The position numbers and the translations under genes were made by a program. A stretch of DNA of 36,252 nucleotides from assembly GCA_025999395.1 (NCBI GenBank), contig AP024682.1, positions 135,386 through 171,637 on the forward strand, read 5' to 3'. Shown piece after piece: positions 15,816 to 23,701 of the stretch (positions within the stretch are counted from its first letter, which is position 1; every line of letters begins with the position of its first letter). Below the pieces are notes generated by a model, which was not told the origin of the DNA, did no database searches, and worked only from the letters and a program-made list of their open reading frames with translations. This DNA comes from Candidatus Parcubacteria bacterium (GTDB taxonomy: Bacteria; Patescibacteriota; Minisyncoccia; UBA6257; JAGOQP01).

Positions 15816-17570
15816 ATGGAAAATATAAAAATTGTAAAACCTTATTTGGGCGGAGAAGAAAAAGATACTCGAGATTTGATTGCTCCGGCAGCATTAGAGG
15901 TAAGCCAGAATCACATAAAAATCGGCAATAAGTTTGCTAAAACTCTATTTGTTTTTACTTATCCGCGTTATCTTTCTAGTGGTTGGTTTTCTTCTATTGT
16001 TAATGTAGCAAAACTTTTTGATATTTCTATTTTTGTTCACCCGGTGGATACAGCCTTAGCTTTAAGAAGGCTCCGCAAAAAAGCAGCTCAGATTGAGGCG
16101 GAAATTGCTGAAAGAGAATCCAAGGGATTTGTCCGTGATCCGATGTTAGAAACTGCTTTTGCTGATATCGAAGCTTTGCGGGACAATCTTCAGCAAGCTC
16201 GAGAGCGTCTTTTTGAGGTGGCGGTTTATATCACAATTTATGGTGATTCTTTGGAAAAACTAAACGAATTAGAAGAGTTAATCGTTAATCTTTTTGAAAG
16301 TAAACTTATTTATGTAAAGCCAGCCATTTTTCAGCAGATTGATGGATTTGTTTCTACTCTTCCCTTGTGTCAGGATAAATTAGCTATTCGGACTCCTCTT
16401 AATTCAGGACCCCTTTCTTCCTTTTTCCCATTTGTTTCGATGGATTTAACCTCTGAGGAAGGGATTATGTATGGCATTAATCAGCATAATAATTCGCTAA
16501 TTATTTTTGATAGGTTTTCTTTGGAAAATGGGAATATGGTTGTTTTCGCTAAATCAGGAGGAGGTAAATCTTATGCTACTAAGTTGGAGATTTTGAGATC
16601 TTTAATGATTGGCACTGAAGTGATTGTTATTGACCCTGAAAACGAATACAAAAATCTTTGTGATACAGTGGGGGGAACTTACTTTAAAATTTCTCTTACT
16701 TCGGATCAGCACATTAATCCATTTGATATTCCAATTGTTCCCCAAGGAGAAGACCCGGCTGATGTTTTTCGATCACACATTCTTACTTTAACAGGACTTT
16801 TAAAGATAATGTTAGGCAATATTTCTGTTGAAGAAGAAGCAATTTTAGATAGAGCTTTAACTGAAACTTACGCTTCTCGAGACATTACCCCCGAAAATCC
16901 CAACTTTCTTAAATTAGAACCCCCCATTCTTTCTGATTTTGAGGCGGTTTTAAGAAATATGGAGGGCGGCCGCTCGATGGCTGATAAACTTTATCGCTTT
17001 ACTCAAGGAACTTATTCCGGATTCATTAATCAAAGAACCAATGTTGATATTACTAACCGGTTGGTAGTTTTCTCAATCCGAGATTTAGAGGAAGAGCTCA
17101 GACCAATTGCAATGTATGTTATTTTGAACTTTATTTGGAATTTAGTTCGTTCCGAATTAAAAAGAAGAATTTTGGTAGTGGATGAGGCTTGGGTAATGAT
17201 GAAATACCCGGAAGGAGCCGCCTTTCTTTTTGGATTAGCTAAAAGAGGAAGAAAATATTACTTAGGATTAACTACTATTACTCAGGAGGTGGAAGATTTC
17301 TTGAACTCTCCTTACGGAAAGCCGATTATTACCAACTCTTCTTTGCAATTGCTTTTAAAGCAAGCGCCCGCCTCTATTGATATTGTGGCTAAAACTTTCG
17401 GTTTAACTGAAGCCGAGAAAAATCTTCTTTTGGAAGCGAGTGTGGGAGAAGGGCTGTTTTTTGCCGGTCTTAAACATGTGGCTATTCAGGTGGTGGCTTC
17501 TTATTTTGAGGATAAAATTATTACTACCAAACCTCAACAGTTATTGGGAGAAGAAACGCCTTTAATTTAG
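15816..17570 (+). CDS. virB4: VirB4-family type IV secretion ATPase (middle and C-terminal ATPase domains)
   Basis: The sequence LIAPAALEVSQNHIKIGNKFAKTLFVFTYPRYLSSGWFSSIV...DISIFVHPVD is present. Walker A is AKSGGGKS (nt 16548-16571) and Walker B is RILVVDEAW. GLTTITQEVEDF follows. The gene sits directly after a PrgI-like gene. Confidence 0.85.
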   Translation: MENIKIVKPYLGGEEKDTRDLIAPAALEVSQNHIKIGNKFAKTLFVFTYPRYLSSGWFSSIVNVAKLFDISIFVHPVDTALALRRLRKKAAQIEAEIAERESKGFVRDPMLETAFADIEALRDNLQQARERLFEVAVYITIYGDSLEKLNELEELIVNLFESKLIYVKPAIFQQIDGFVSTLPLCQDKLAIRTPLNSGPLSSFFPFVSMDLTSEEGIMYGINQHNNSLIIFDRFSLENGNMVVFAKSGGGKSYATKLEILRSLMIGTEVIVIDPENEYKNLCDTVGGTYFKISLTSDQHINPFDIPIVPQGEDPADVFRSHILTLTGLLKIMLGNISVEEEAILDRALTETYASRDITPENPNFLKLEPPILSDFEAVLRNMEGGRSMADKLYRFTQGTYSGFINQRTNVDITNRLVVFSIRDLEEELRPIAMYVILNFIWNLVRSELKRRILVVDEAWVMMKYPEGAAFLFGLAKRGRKYYLGLTTITQEVEDFLNSPYGKPIITNSSLQLLLKQAPASIDIVAKTFGLTEAEKNLLLEASVGEGLFFAGLKHVAIQVVASYFEDKIITTKPQQLLGEETPLI

Positions 17571-17593
17571 TTTATCTAAGAAGCTAATAAATT

Positions 17594-18127
17594 ATGGCAG
17601 AAGAATTAAAAGAACAACAAGAGGGCCAGAAGAGTGCTGGTGGCCAAGATGGCTCCTCTCTGGAGGCTCAAAGTGAGCAATCAGAAAAACAAGCAGAAGA
17701 CGAAGAAGGTAGGAATGAGGAAGATGATGGAGAAGATAAAGAGGAAAGCGATGAAGAAATAGGTGGGCGGGAAGAAAATAATCCTCGATTTAATTTTGTT
17801 GAAATTATTTTTTTAGCCGGTTTAAACTTAATAGGAGATCTACTCGAACTTCTTGATTTATCAGGTTTTTTTATTTTTGTTGGTTTAATCGTGGATTTTT
17901 TTACTGGTCCCATTACTATAATCTACCTTTGGCTTAAAGGGATAAAAGGGGTAGTTGGTAAGAATGCTATTGCTCAAGTATCTGAATTTATACCTTTAAT
18001 TGATATCTTGCCAGTTAGGACGACCGCCATTGTTTTAACCATCATTGCTACCAATCATCCCGAATGGATTGAAAAAATTTCAGGTCATTCAGAATTAATT
18101 GGAAAAATTGCCAAAAAGTTTAAATAA
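17594..18127 (+). CDS. Hypothetical membrane protein with a highly acidic N-terminal head
   Basis: 177 aa. The first ~65 aa are Glu/Asp/Gln/Ser-rich (EDEEGRNEEDDGEDKEESDEE). Three or four hydrophobic helices follow (IIFLAGLNLIGDLL, FFIFVGLIVDFFTGPITIIYLWL, TTAIVLTIIA). I recognise no family. Confidence 0.5.
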   Translation: MAEELKEQQEGQKSAGGQDGSSLEAQSEQSEKQAEDEEGRNEEDDGEDKEESDEEIGGREENNPRFNFVEIIFLAGLNLIGDLLELLDLSGFFIFVGLIVDFFTGPITIIYLWLKGIKGVVGKNAIAQVSEFIPLIDILPVRTTAIVLTIIATNHPEWIEKISGHSELIGKIAKKFK

Positions 18128-18172
18128 TAAATAACTCGATTAATTTAAAGAAATAAAGAAACAAGAGAAAAA

Positions 18173-18202
18173 ATGACAGAGATATTTTTTTTGAGTTATA
18201 AT
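18173..18202 (+). promoter_or_regulatory. Candidate sigma70-like internal promoter (ATGACA-18 nt-TATAAT)
   Basis: atgaca at 18173-18178 and a perfect tataat at 18197-18202 lie 18 nt upstream of ATG 18220, in a 92-nt gap inside the T4SS-like block. This is a pattern match only. Confidence 0.35.
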
Positions 18203-18219
18203 ATTTAGTAGAAGAACTT

Positions 18220-18951
18220 ATGACCACCTTATTTTCTAAAAAACTCTGGCTGGTAATAGGAATTTTTGGGGGACTTTTATTTTTTTCAATAAGAGATACT
18301 AGAGCTGCTGAGCCACTCTTCGTTTTTTCTTGGAAAGCACTTAACTTTGCCCCTTCTTGGTATCAAGGAAAAATTTTACCAGTTAATCAAACAAAAATTG
18401 TCGTTTCTTTTGAGGCGATAAGCACCAATAAGTCTGATTATGGAAAGGTTTTAGATCTTTCAAATAGAAATATAATCTGGTATGTTAACGGAGAAAAATT
18501 AACTCAGGGTAGGGGGTTGCAACAAGTTGTTATTACTAAGGATAATTTTCCTCATGATGCTTTGGAGGTAAACATACGAGGAGAATATTTTGATACTGAC
18601 CTTACTTCTCTTCAAAATACCCCCTCTCTTTATAACAAACGTTTTTACATTCCAATTACTGAACCAGAGGCAGTTTTAAGCTATAAGAAAAATGATAATT
18701 ATTTTACTGTGGGAGAGGTGGCAAACTTTAATTTGTTCCCCTTCTTTTTTAATGCCTCTGATAATTTTCTCAAAGTGAATTGGAGGGTTAATAATTCTTG
18801 GATTCAGCCTTCGAATGACAATGAGTTTTCTTTGAAGTTAGAAATTGCTGATATTCCTCCGAGTGGTTATGTAACTCTTGTTGGAGCGGTGTATAATTTA
18901 AAAAACAAGCTAGAAAATTCTTCAAAAAGTATCACCTTCAATGTTCGTTAA
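18220..18951 (+). CDS. Hypothetical secreted or anchored protein that appears to contain two tandem beta-rich (Ig-like) modules
   Basis: 243 aa. The N-terminal signal or anchor is LWLVIGIFGGLLFFSIRDTRAAEP. Two segments of about 100 aa follow with alternating hydrophobic/polar beta-strand-like patterns. I recognise no family. Confidence 0.55.
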   Translation: MTTLFSKKLWLVIGIFGGLLFFSIRDTRAAEPLFVFSWKALNFAPSWYQGKILPVNQTKIVVSFEAISTNKSDYGKVLDLSNRNIIWYVNGEKLTQGRGLQQVVITKDNFPHDALEVNIRGEYFDTDLTSLQNTPSLYNKRFYIPITEPEAVLSYKKNDNYFTVGEVANFNLFPFFFNASDNFLKVNWRVNNSWIQPSNDNEFSLKLEIADIPPSGYVTLVGAVYNLKNKLENSSKSITFNVR

Positions 18952-18991
18952 TTTTATTTTAAATTGTTAATTGTTAGAATAGAATGCATTT

Positions 18992-20002
18992 ATGATTTTA
19001 GGATTTAAAAAATTTTTTCTCTTTCTTCTCTTAATTGTTTCTTTATTCAATCTTCTCTTTTGGGTAGATGATGTTTTAGGGGAAAATTCGACTTTCACTT
19101 TAAGTTATCCAGATTTTGCTAATCCCAAAGAAACAAAATCCCCCGCGGAATTTCTTAATAAATTTTATCTTTACGCCTTGGGCATTTCTAGTGCTTTGGC
19201 AATAATGATGATTGTTTATGGAGGAGTAAAGTATGCGGTAAATCCGGGAAACACCGCTAATCAATCAGAAGCAAGAGATATCATCAAAAACGCCGTTTTT
19301 GGTATCGTTTTGCTGGCTGGGGCTTATTTAATTTTAAAAACCATAAATCCCTCACTAGTGAATTTGGGCAATCCACAACTAAAAAAAATAGAATCAGAGG
19401 CAAGCTCTTCTACGGGCGATATACTCAATAAAAAGTTTATTCAATTCTTAGCTAGCCAGTTAATTGGATTTGCTCCTCAAACCGACGGTGAATGTGGCTT
19501 GGGGACAGGTGCGCGAGGTGTTTTGCAAGATATAATAGATGGCAAAAATCCAAAGGTTTGTTTTAATGGTTGCAAAAGACAAACTGGTCAATGTTCTCCG
19601 GCTGATTCTTCTGTTATTTCTAATCTTGAAAATACTCTTCAGAAGTTATTAAAGGCTTATGATGTGATTGGTTGGTGCAAAGACAACCCCACACTTTGTA
19701 CTAATTATATCTATTTGAGAGACATCAGTTCAGAGCGAAGCGTACAGATTACCAGCATTACAGGAGGAGATCACTCTCCCAACTCTCTTCATTACGCGGG
19801 GAGAGCTGTTGATTTGATTATTTCTGGAGAAAACTATCATGTTTGGAATAATGTAGTAAGGGTTTTTCGAGACAATGGAGCGACAAGGGTTTTTTGCGAA
19901 GACCCCTCAGCTCCTGCTGGACAGAAACAAAAATCTAATTGTGAGGATATTTTTGTTAACGGGAGATTAAAACCGGGAGGGCATATTCATGTTGAATATT
20001 AA
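18992..20002 (+). CDS. T4SS pilin-like (VirB2/TrbC-type) two-helix module fused to a Cys-rich LAS/peptidase-M15-like zinc hydrolase domain
   Basis: The protein has a signal or anchor (FFLFLLLIVSLFNLLFWV). The pilin-like module is FYLYALGISSALAIMMIVYGGVKYAVNPGNTANQSEARDIIKNAVFGIVLLAGAYLILKTINP. The C-terminal ~190 aa carry 8 Cys. SLHYAGRAVD (nt 19784-19813) is an exact SxHxxGxAxD match. A terminal HIH (nt 19982-19990) supplies the HxH zinc-ligand motif of M15/VanY-type peptidases. Confidence 0.65.
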   Translation: MILGFKKFFLFLLLIVSLFNLLFWVDDVLGENSTFTLSYPDFANPKETKSPAEFLNKFYLYALGISSALAIMMIVYGGVKYAVNPGNTANQSEARDIIKNAVFGIVLLAGAYLILKTINPSLVNLGNPQLKKIESEASSSTGDILNKKFIQFLASQLIGFAPQTDGECGLGTGARGVLQDIIDGKNPKVCFNGCKRQTGQCSPADSSVISNLENTLQKLLKAYDVIGWCKDNPTLCTNYIYLRDISSERSVQITSITGGDHSPNSLHYAGRAVDLIISGENYHVWNNVVRVFRDNGATRVFCEDPSAPAGQKQKSNCEDIFVNGRLKPGGHIHVEY

Positions 20003-20057
20003 TATTTGATATTAACACCTATCTTTTTCTTTAGCAAATAATCAAATCTTTGTTTTT

Positions 20058-21326
20058 ATGCTTAATAACAAATCAGGAGAGAAAATTACTTTGATTTTAA
20101 TAATATTAGTTGTTGCTATTGGAGTAGGTGTTTATTTTGCTCTGAGATCATCGAAAATTTCAATAACTAATCAACAACAGGGGGGCCAGTCATTTTCAAC
20201 TCCATATTCATCCAGAGAAAGAAGTGGAGAGGAGGTTCTTTCGACTTCTTCAGAAAAATCATTTCTTGATACTTATGAAGAAGAAGACATAACTTTGACT
20301 GGAAATAAAGCCAAACTTGTTATTTTAGTAGATGGAGCTGTAAGCGGTTTTTGGGTAGCTTCTCAGCCAAAAGAAGAAGGAAGTCAAAACCAACTCCTAC
20401 TTTCTGATATTTTTTACCTTAATGAAAAAGGAGAAATTTTTAAGCTTAAAGAACCTAATCAAGCAGAATCAATTGCCAGCTCTTCTTTTGGTCGGCCCTT
20501 AAGAGTTATCCAAAACAATCAGGGTGATAGAGTGGCGGTTCAATTTGATTCTGGAACGGTGGCTTTATTTGATGTAAAAGCAAAATCTTGGCAGGAGCTG
20601 GGAGGAAAGGAAATTACTGATATCAGCTTTTCTCCTGATGGGAAAAAGGTAGCTTTTTTGAAAGAGGAAATAAAAGAAAGTGATGTTAAAACTTCTATCT
20701 TTATTAAAGATTTATCTAGTTCTAAGCAACCGCTTACCTTGGTAGCTTCTCTTAAAATTGTTGATTTTAATCTTTTATGGCCGGAAAATAACTCTTTATT
20801 TCTCTTGCCTAAGCCTTCCTACTTTTTCCGCGGTCAAGCTTGGAAGGTTGATTTGAAATCAAAGACAATTACTTGGCTGACAGCCGGTAATGGATACTCT
20901 TTGCTTTTTTCTTCCCTTGCTAATCTTGGTTTGCAATTTACTTCAGCCGAAAAGAAATCGGAGATGTCAGTAACGGTGGTGGATAGTAATCTTAAAAAAT
21001 TAGCCGATCTTTCTTTCTCTACCTTTAAAGAAAAATGCGCTTTTTCTTCTTCTGAAAAAGAAGTGGCTTACTGCGCCGTTCCCTATTTTGCTAATAAAAC
21101 CTCTGATCTTACCTTACCAGACGATTTTTACAAAAAGGGAGTTTATTTTAAAGATAGGATTTATAAAATTGACTTAAAGAATTCAGTGGTTGAGTCGATT
21201 TTCAATTTAGAGGATGTTAGTTTGGATGCTATTTATCTTAAGGAAAAGAACCAACAGCTCTTCTTTATTAATCGCTACGATGATAAACTTTATCTTTATG
21301 ATTTTTCTGAGAAAGTGAGTGAATAG
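20058..21326 (+). CDS. Hypothetical membrane-anchored protein with a probable beta-propeller (TolB/PD40-like) ectodomain
   Basis: 422 aa with an N-terminal TM segment ITLILIILVVAIGVGVYFAL. It has repeated beta-strand blocks, including a PD40-like ISFSPDGKKVAFL. The fold assignment is tentative. Confidence 0.55.
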   Translation: MLNNKSGEKITLILIILVVAIGVGVYFALRSSKISITNQQQGGQSFSTPYSSRERSGEEVLSTSSEKSFLDTYEEEDITLTGNKAKLVILVDGAVSGFWVASQPKEEGSQNQLLLSDIFYLNEKGEIFKLKEPNQAESIASSSFGRPLRVIQNNQGDRVAVQFDSGTVALFDVKAKSWQELGGKEITDISFSPDGKKVAFLKEEIKESDVKTSIFIKDLSSSKQPLTLVASLKIVDFNLLWPENNSLFLLPKPSYFFRGQAWKVDLKSKTITWLTAGNGYSLLFSSLANLGLQFTSAEKKSEMSVTVVDSNLKKLADLSFSTFKEKCAFSSSEKEVAYCAVPYFANKTSDLTLPDDFYKKGVYFKDRIYKIDLKNSVVESIFNLEDVSLDAIYLKEKNQQLFFINRYDDKLYLYDFSEKVSE

Positions 21327-21340
21327 TTTTTCTTGTTTTT

Positions 21341-22672
21341 ATGGGTTTCAAAATTGACTGGGCAAAAAAAATAAACTATATCAAGCAACCGGAATTTAGA
21401 CCGGTTTTTTATCTACTTCCTTTAATTGGAATAGCTTTGGTAATTGATGTCTTTTATCTTTCCGGTTTATGGCTTTTAGTGGCTGGCGGAGTTTTGGTTG
21501 TTTTGGCAGCTTTGGTGATAGCTATCAGTTGGATGTTGGCCAAAGCTAATCTTGATGTCAAGCTAAAAAATCTTCAGATGAAGAGCATTATTTCCTATTT
21601 GCCGATTGGAGTATTGGCTTACGATAATGATTTCAATGTTTTGATTTTCAATTCGGCGGCTGAGGAGATTTTTGGGCTTTCTTTTGAAGAGGTGATTTCT
21701 CGAAAGATTTCTGTAGAAATGGCGGCTGATGAAAAATTTCGACTTTTGGCTCAAGTGGTTTTTCCTTCTTTGGCTCCAATGGTGGTTAAAAAGTCAGAGC
21801 CGGGAGTTTATCCTCAAGTGGTTGAAATTTCTTTTGATGAACCCAAACTTTATTTGAGAGTAATTACCGATAGAATCTTTGATGAAAAGGAGAAGGTTTT
21901 GGGTTTTGTTAAACTTATTATCAATCGAACTCGAGAAATGGAACTGCTTCAAGCTAAAACTGAATTTATTACTGTGGCTGCTCATCAACTAAGAACTCCC
22001 CTTACCGCTATCAACTGGGCTTTTGAAGCTTTGGAGTCTAGTCAACTTCCTAGTCAACAAAAAGAATTAGTGGATACTGGTTTTTTGGCGGCTAAAAAGA
22101 TGCTTAAAACGGTAAACGATTTGCTGGATGTTTCTAAAATGGAAGAGGGAAAGTTTGGTTATCAATTTGAAGAGGTTAAGTTAATACCTTATTTGGAAGA
22201 AATTTTGTCTCAGTCTTATTCATTAGCTAAAGAACTGGGAATTAAACTTTATTTTCAAAGACCAGCTAATTCAGATCTGACTGTTTTTATTGATAAGCAA
22301 AAAGTAAGCATGGTCTTATTCAACCTTTTGGATAATGCTATAAAGTACAATGTAGAAAATGGGGAGGTAACGGTTTGGGTGGAGGAAGAAAAAGATCAGC
22401 CCTTTGTTAAGGTGGCAGTGAAAGATACAGGAATTGGGATTCCAGCTGATCAAATGGATAAGCTTTTCACTAAATTTTTTAGAGCTGAGAATGTGGTTCG
22501 CTATGCTCCTGACGGCACCGGCTTGGGGCTTTATATTGCCAAAAATATAGTTACTCGTCACGGAGGAAAAATTTGGGCTGAGTCGGAATTAAACAGGGGC
22601 ACCACCTTCTATTTTACTTTACCCACCAAAGAAGAGGTGGTTCCCAAAAGAGAAATAACCGAAATGGATTAA
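21341..22672 (+). CDS. Sensor histidine kinase (2 TM, PAS-like, HisKA, HATPase_c)
   Basis: Two N-terminal TM helices are followed by a PAS-like region (LPIGVLAYDNDFNVLIFNSAAEEIFG). The H-box is FITVAAHQLRTPLTAI. The N-box is LLDNAIKYN. The G-boxes are KDTGIGIP and GTGLGLYIAKNIV. No response regulator gene is present in the window. Confidence 0.9.
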   Translation: MGFKIDWAKKINYIKQPEFRPVFYLLPLIGIALVIDVFYLSGLWLLVAGGVLVVLAALVIAISWMLAKANLDVKLKNLQMKSIISYLPIGVLAYDNDFNVLIFNSAAEEIFGLSFEEVISRKISVEMAADEKFRLLAQVVFPSLAPMVVKKSEPGVYPQVVEISFDEPKLYLRVITDRIFDEKEKVLGFVKLIINRTREMELLQAKTEFITVAAHQLRTPLTAINWAFEALESSQLPSQQKELVDTGFLAAKKMLKTVNDLLDVSKMEEGKFGYQFEEVKLIPYLEEILSQSYSLAKELGIKLYFQRPANSDLTVFIDKQKVSMVLFNLLDNAIKYNVENGEVTVWVEEEKDQPFVKVAVKDTGIGIPADQMDKLFTKFFRAENVVRYAPDGTGLGLYIAKNIVTRHGGKIWAESELNRGTTFYFTLPTKEEVVPKREITEMD

Positions 22673-22687
22673 CTCTTGCTCTTTCCT

Positions 22688-23599
22688 ATGCCCGAGCTTC
22701 CTGAAGTTCAAACGATTGTTAGCGATTTGAGAAAAAAGATTTTAGGGGGAAAAATTACTGGTTTTTGGACCAACACTCCAAAGATTATAAAAGGAGTTGC
22801 TCTTAATAAATTTAGAAAAGAAATCCTTGGTTTTCTTATTCTTGACATTCGAAGAAGAGGGAAAAACATTCTTTTTTATTTAGGAAAGATTCAGAAAGGA
22901 AAGAGAAAAATAGAAAAAGTTATTTTGGCTCATCAAAAAATGACTGGTCATTTTTTGATCGGCAAGTGGAAAGTTGTCGGGAAAGGAAAATCTCAGAAAA
23001 TCATCCCTTTAATTAAAGGCCCGATTGCCGAAGATCCTTTTAATCAATATATTAGAGTTATTTTTAATTTAAGCGGTGGCTGGCAGTTAGGACTTTCAGA
23101 TTTAAGAAAGTTTGCCAAACTCACCGTTGGCTCTGTAGAGGAAATTGAAAATAGTAAAGAAATGAGATCTTTAGGGCCCGAGGCGCTTAGCTCTGAATTT
23201 TCTTGGCGTTATCTTTACCCCTTACTTTTAAAGAAAAAGAAATCTATTAAATCGGTTCTTTTGGATCAAGAAATAGTAGCTGGGGTAGGAAATATTTATG
23301 CCGACGAAGCTCTTTTCTTAGCTAAAATTCATCCTCAAAAAAATGCTTCTACCTTGAAAATTGATCAGGTAAAAAAATTGGTTCAAGCAATTAAAAAGGT
23401 GTTGCGTAAGTCAATTGCCTTAAGAGGCACATCTATTATTGATTATCGAGACGCTTTTGGAAGGAGGGGTGGTTATGATAAAGTTTGTTTGGTTTATGGA
23501 AGAGAGGGCCTTCCCTGTCCTTCTTGTTCTACTCCTATTAAAAGGATAAAAATTGGTCAGCGTTCAGCCCATTTTTGTCCTCGTTGTCAAAAACAATAA
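22688..23599 (+). CDS. mutM: Formamidopyrimidine-DNA glycosylase (Fpg/MutM)
   Basis: The N-terminus MPELPEVQT requires Pro2 as the catalytic nucleophile, so I place the start at ATG 22688 rather than the track's TTG 22676. The H2TH region is LLDQEIVAGVGNIYADEALF. The C-terminal zinc finger is CPSCSTPIKRIKIGQRSAHFCPRCQ. Confidence 0.9.
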   Translation: MPELPEVQTIVSDLRKKILGGKITGFWTNTPKIIKGVALNKFRKEILGFLILDIRRRGKNILFYLGKIQKGKRKIEKVILAHQKMTGHFLIGKWKVVGKGKSQKIIPLIKGPIAEDPFNQYIRVIFNLSGGWQLGLSDLRKFAKLTVGSVEEIENSKEMRSLGPEALSSEFSWRYLYPLLLKKKKSIKSVLLDQEIVAGVGNIYADEALFLAKIHPQKNASTLKIDQVKKLVQAIKKVLRKSIALRGTSIIDYRDAFGRRGGYDKVCLVYGREGLPCPSCSTPIKRIKIGQRSAHFCPRCQKQ

Positions 23600-23701
23600 T
23601 AAATTGAAATAATAAATTGGATTTAAAAAAAATCAGATAATTGAAAGAAGCTTGATTTTGCCAATTTTTTGATAAGAAAAAAATAAGGTAAAATATCCTC
23701 A

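Noticed and set aside
19996-20007. 12-nt palindrome aatattaatatt at the end of the pilin-peptidase gene, and similar AT-only palindromes elsewhere (for example 26241-26258)
   Set aside because: These are pure A/T palindromes, which are expected by chance in AT-rich DNA. They have negligible hairpin stability and no adjacent T-run.
8606-21326. Interpretation of the T4SS-like block as an integrative conjugative element or plasmid remnant
   Set aside because: No integrase, recombinase, relaxase, coupling protein, replication or partition gene, or flanking direct repeat is visible. The flanks are core genes (rsmA; histidine kinase, mutM, pyrG). The only tRNA is 14 kb away and surrounded by housekeeping genes. 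This cannot be fully excluded without the rest of the contig.
22676-22687. TTG start for mutM given by the ORF track
   Set aside because: Fpg/MutM requires an N-terminal Pro after Met removal. ATG 22688 gives MPELPEV, while the TTG start would bury the catalytic proline.
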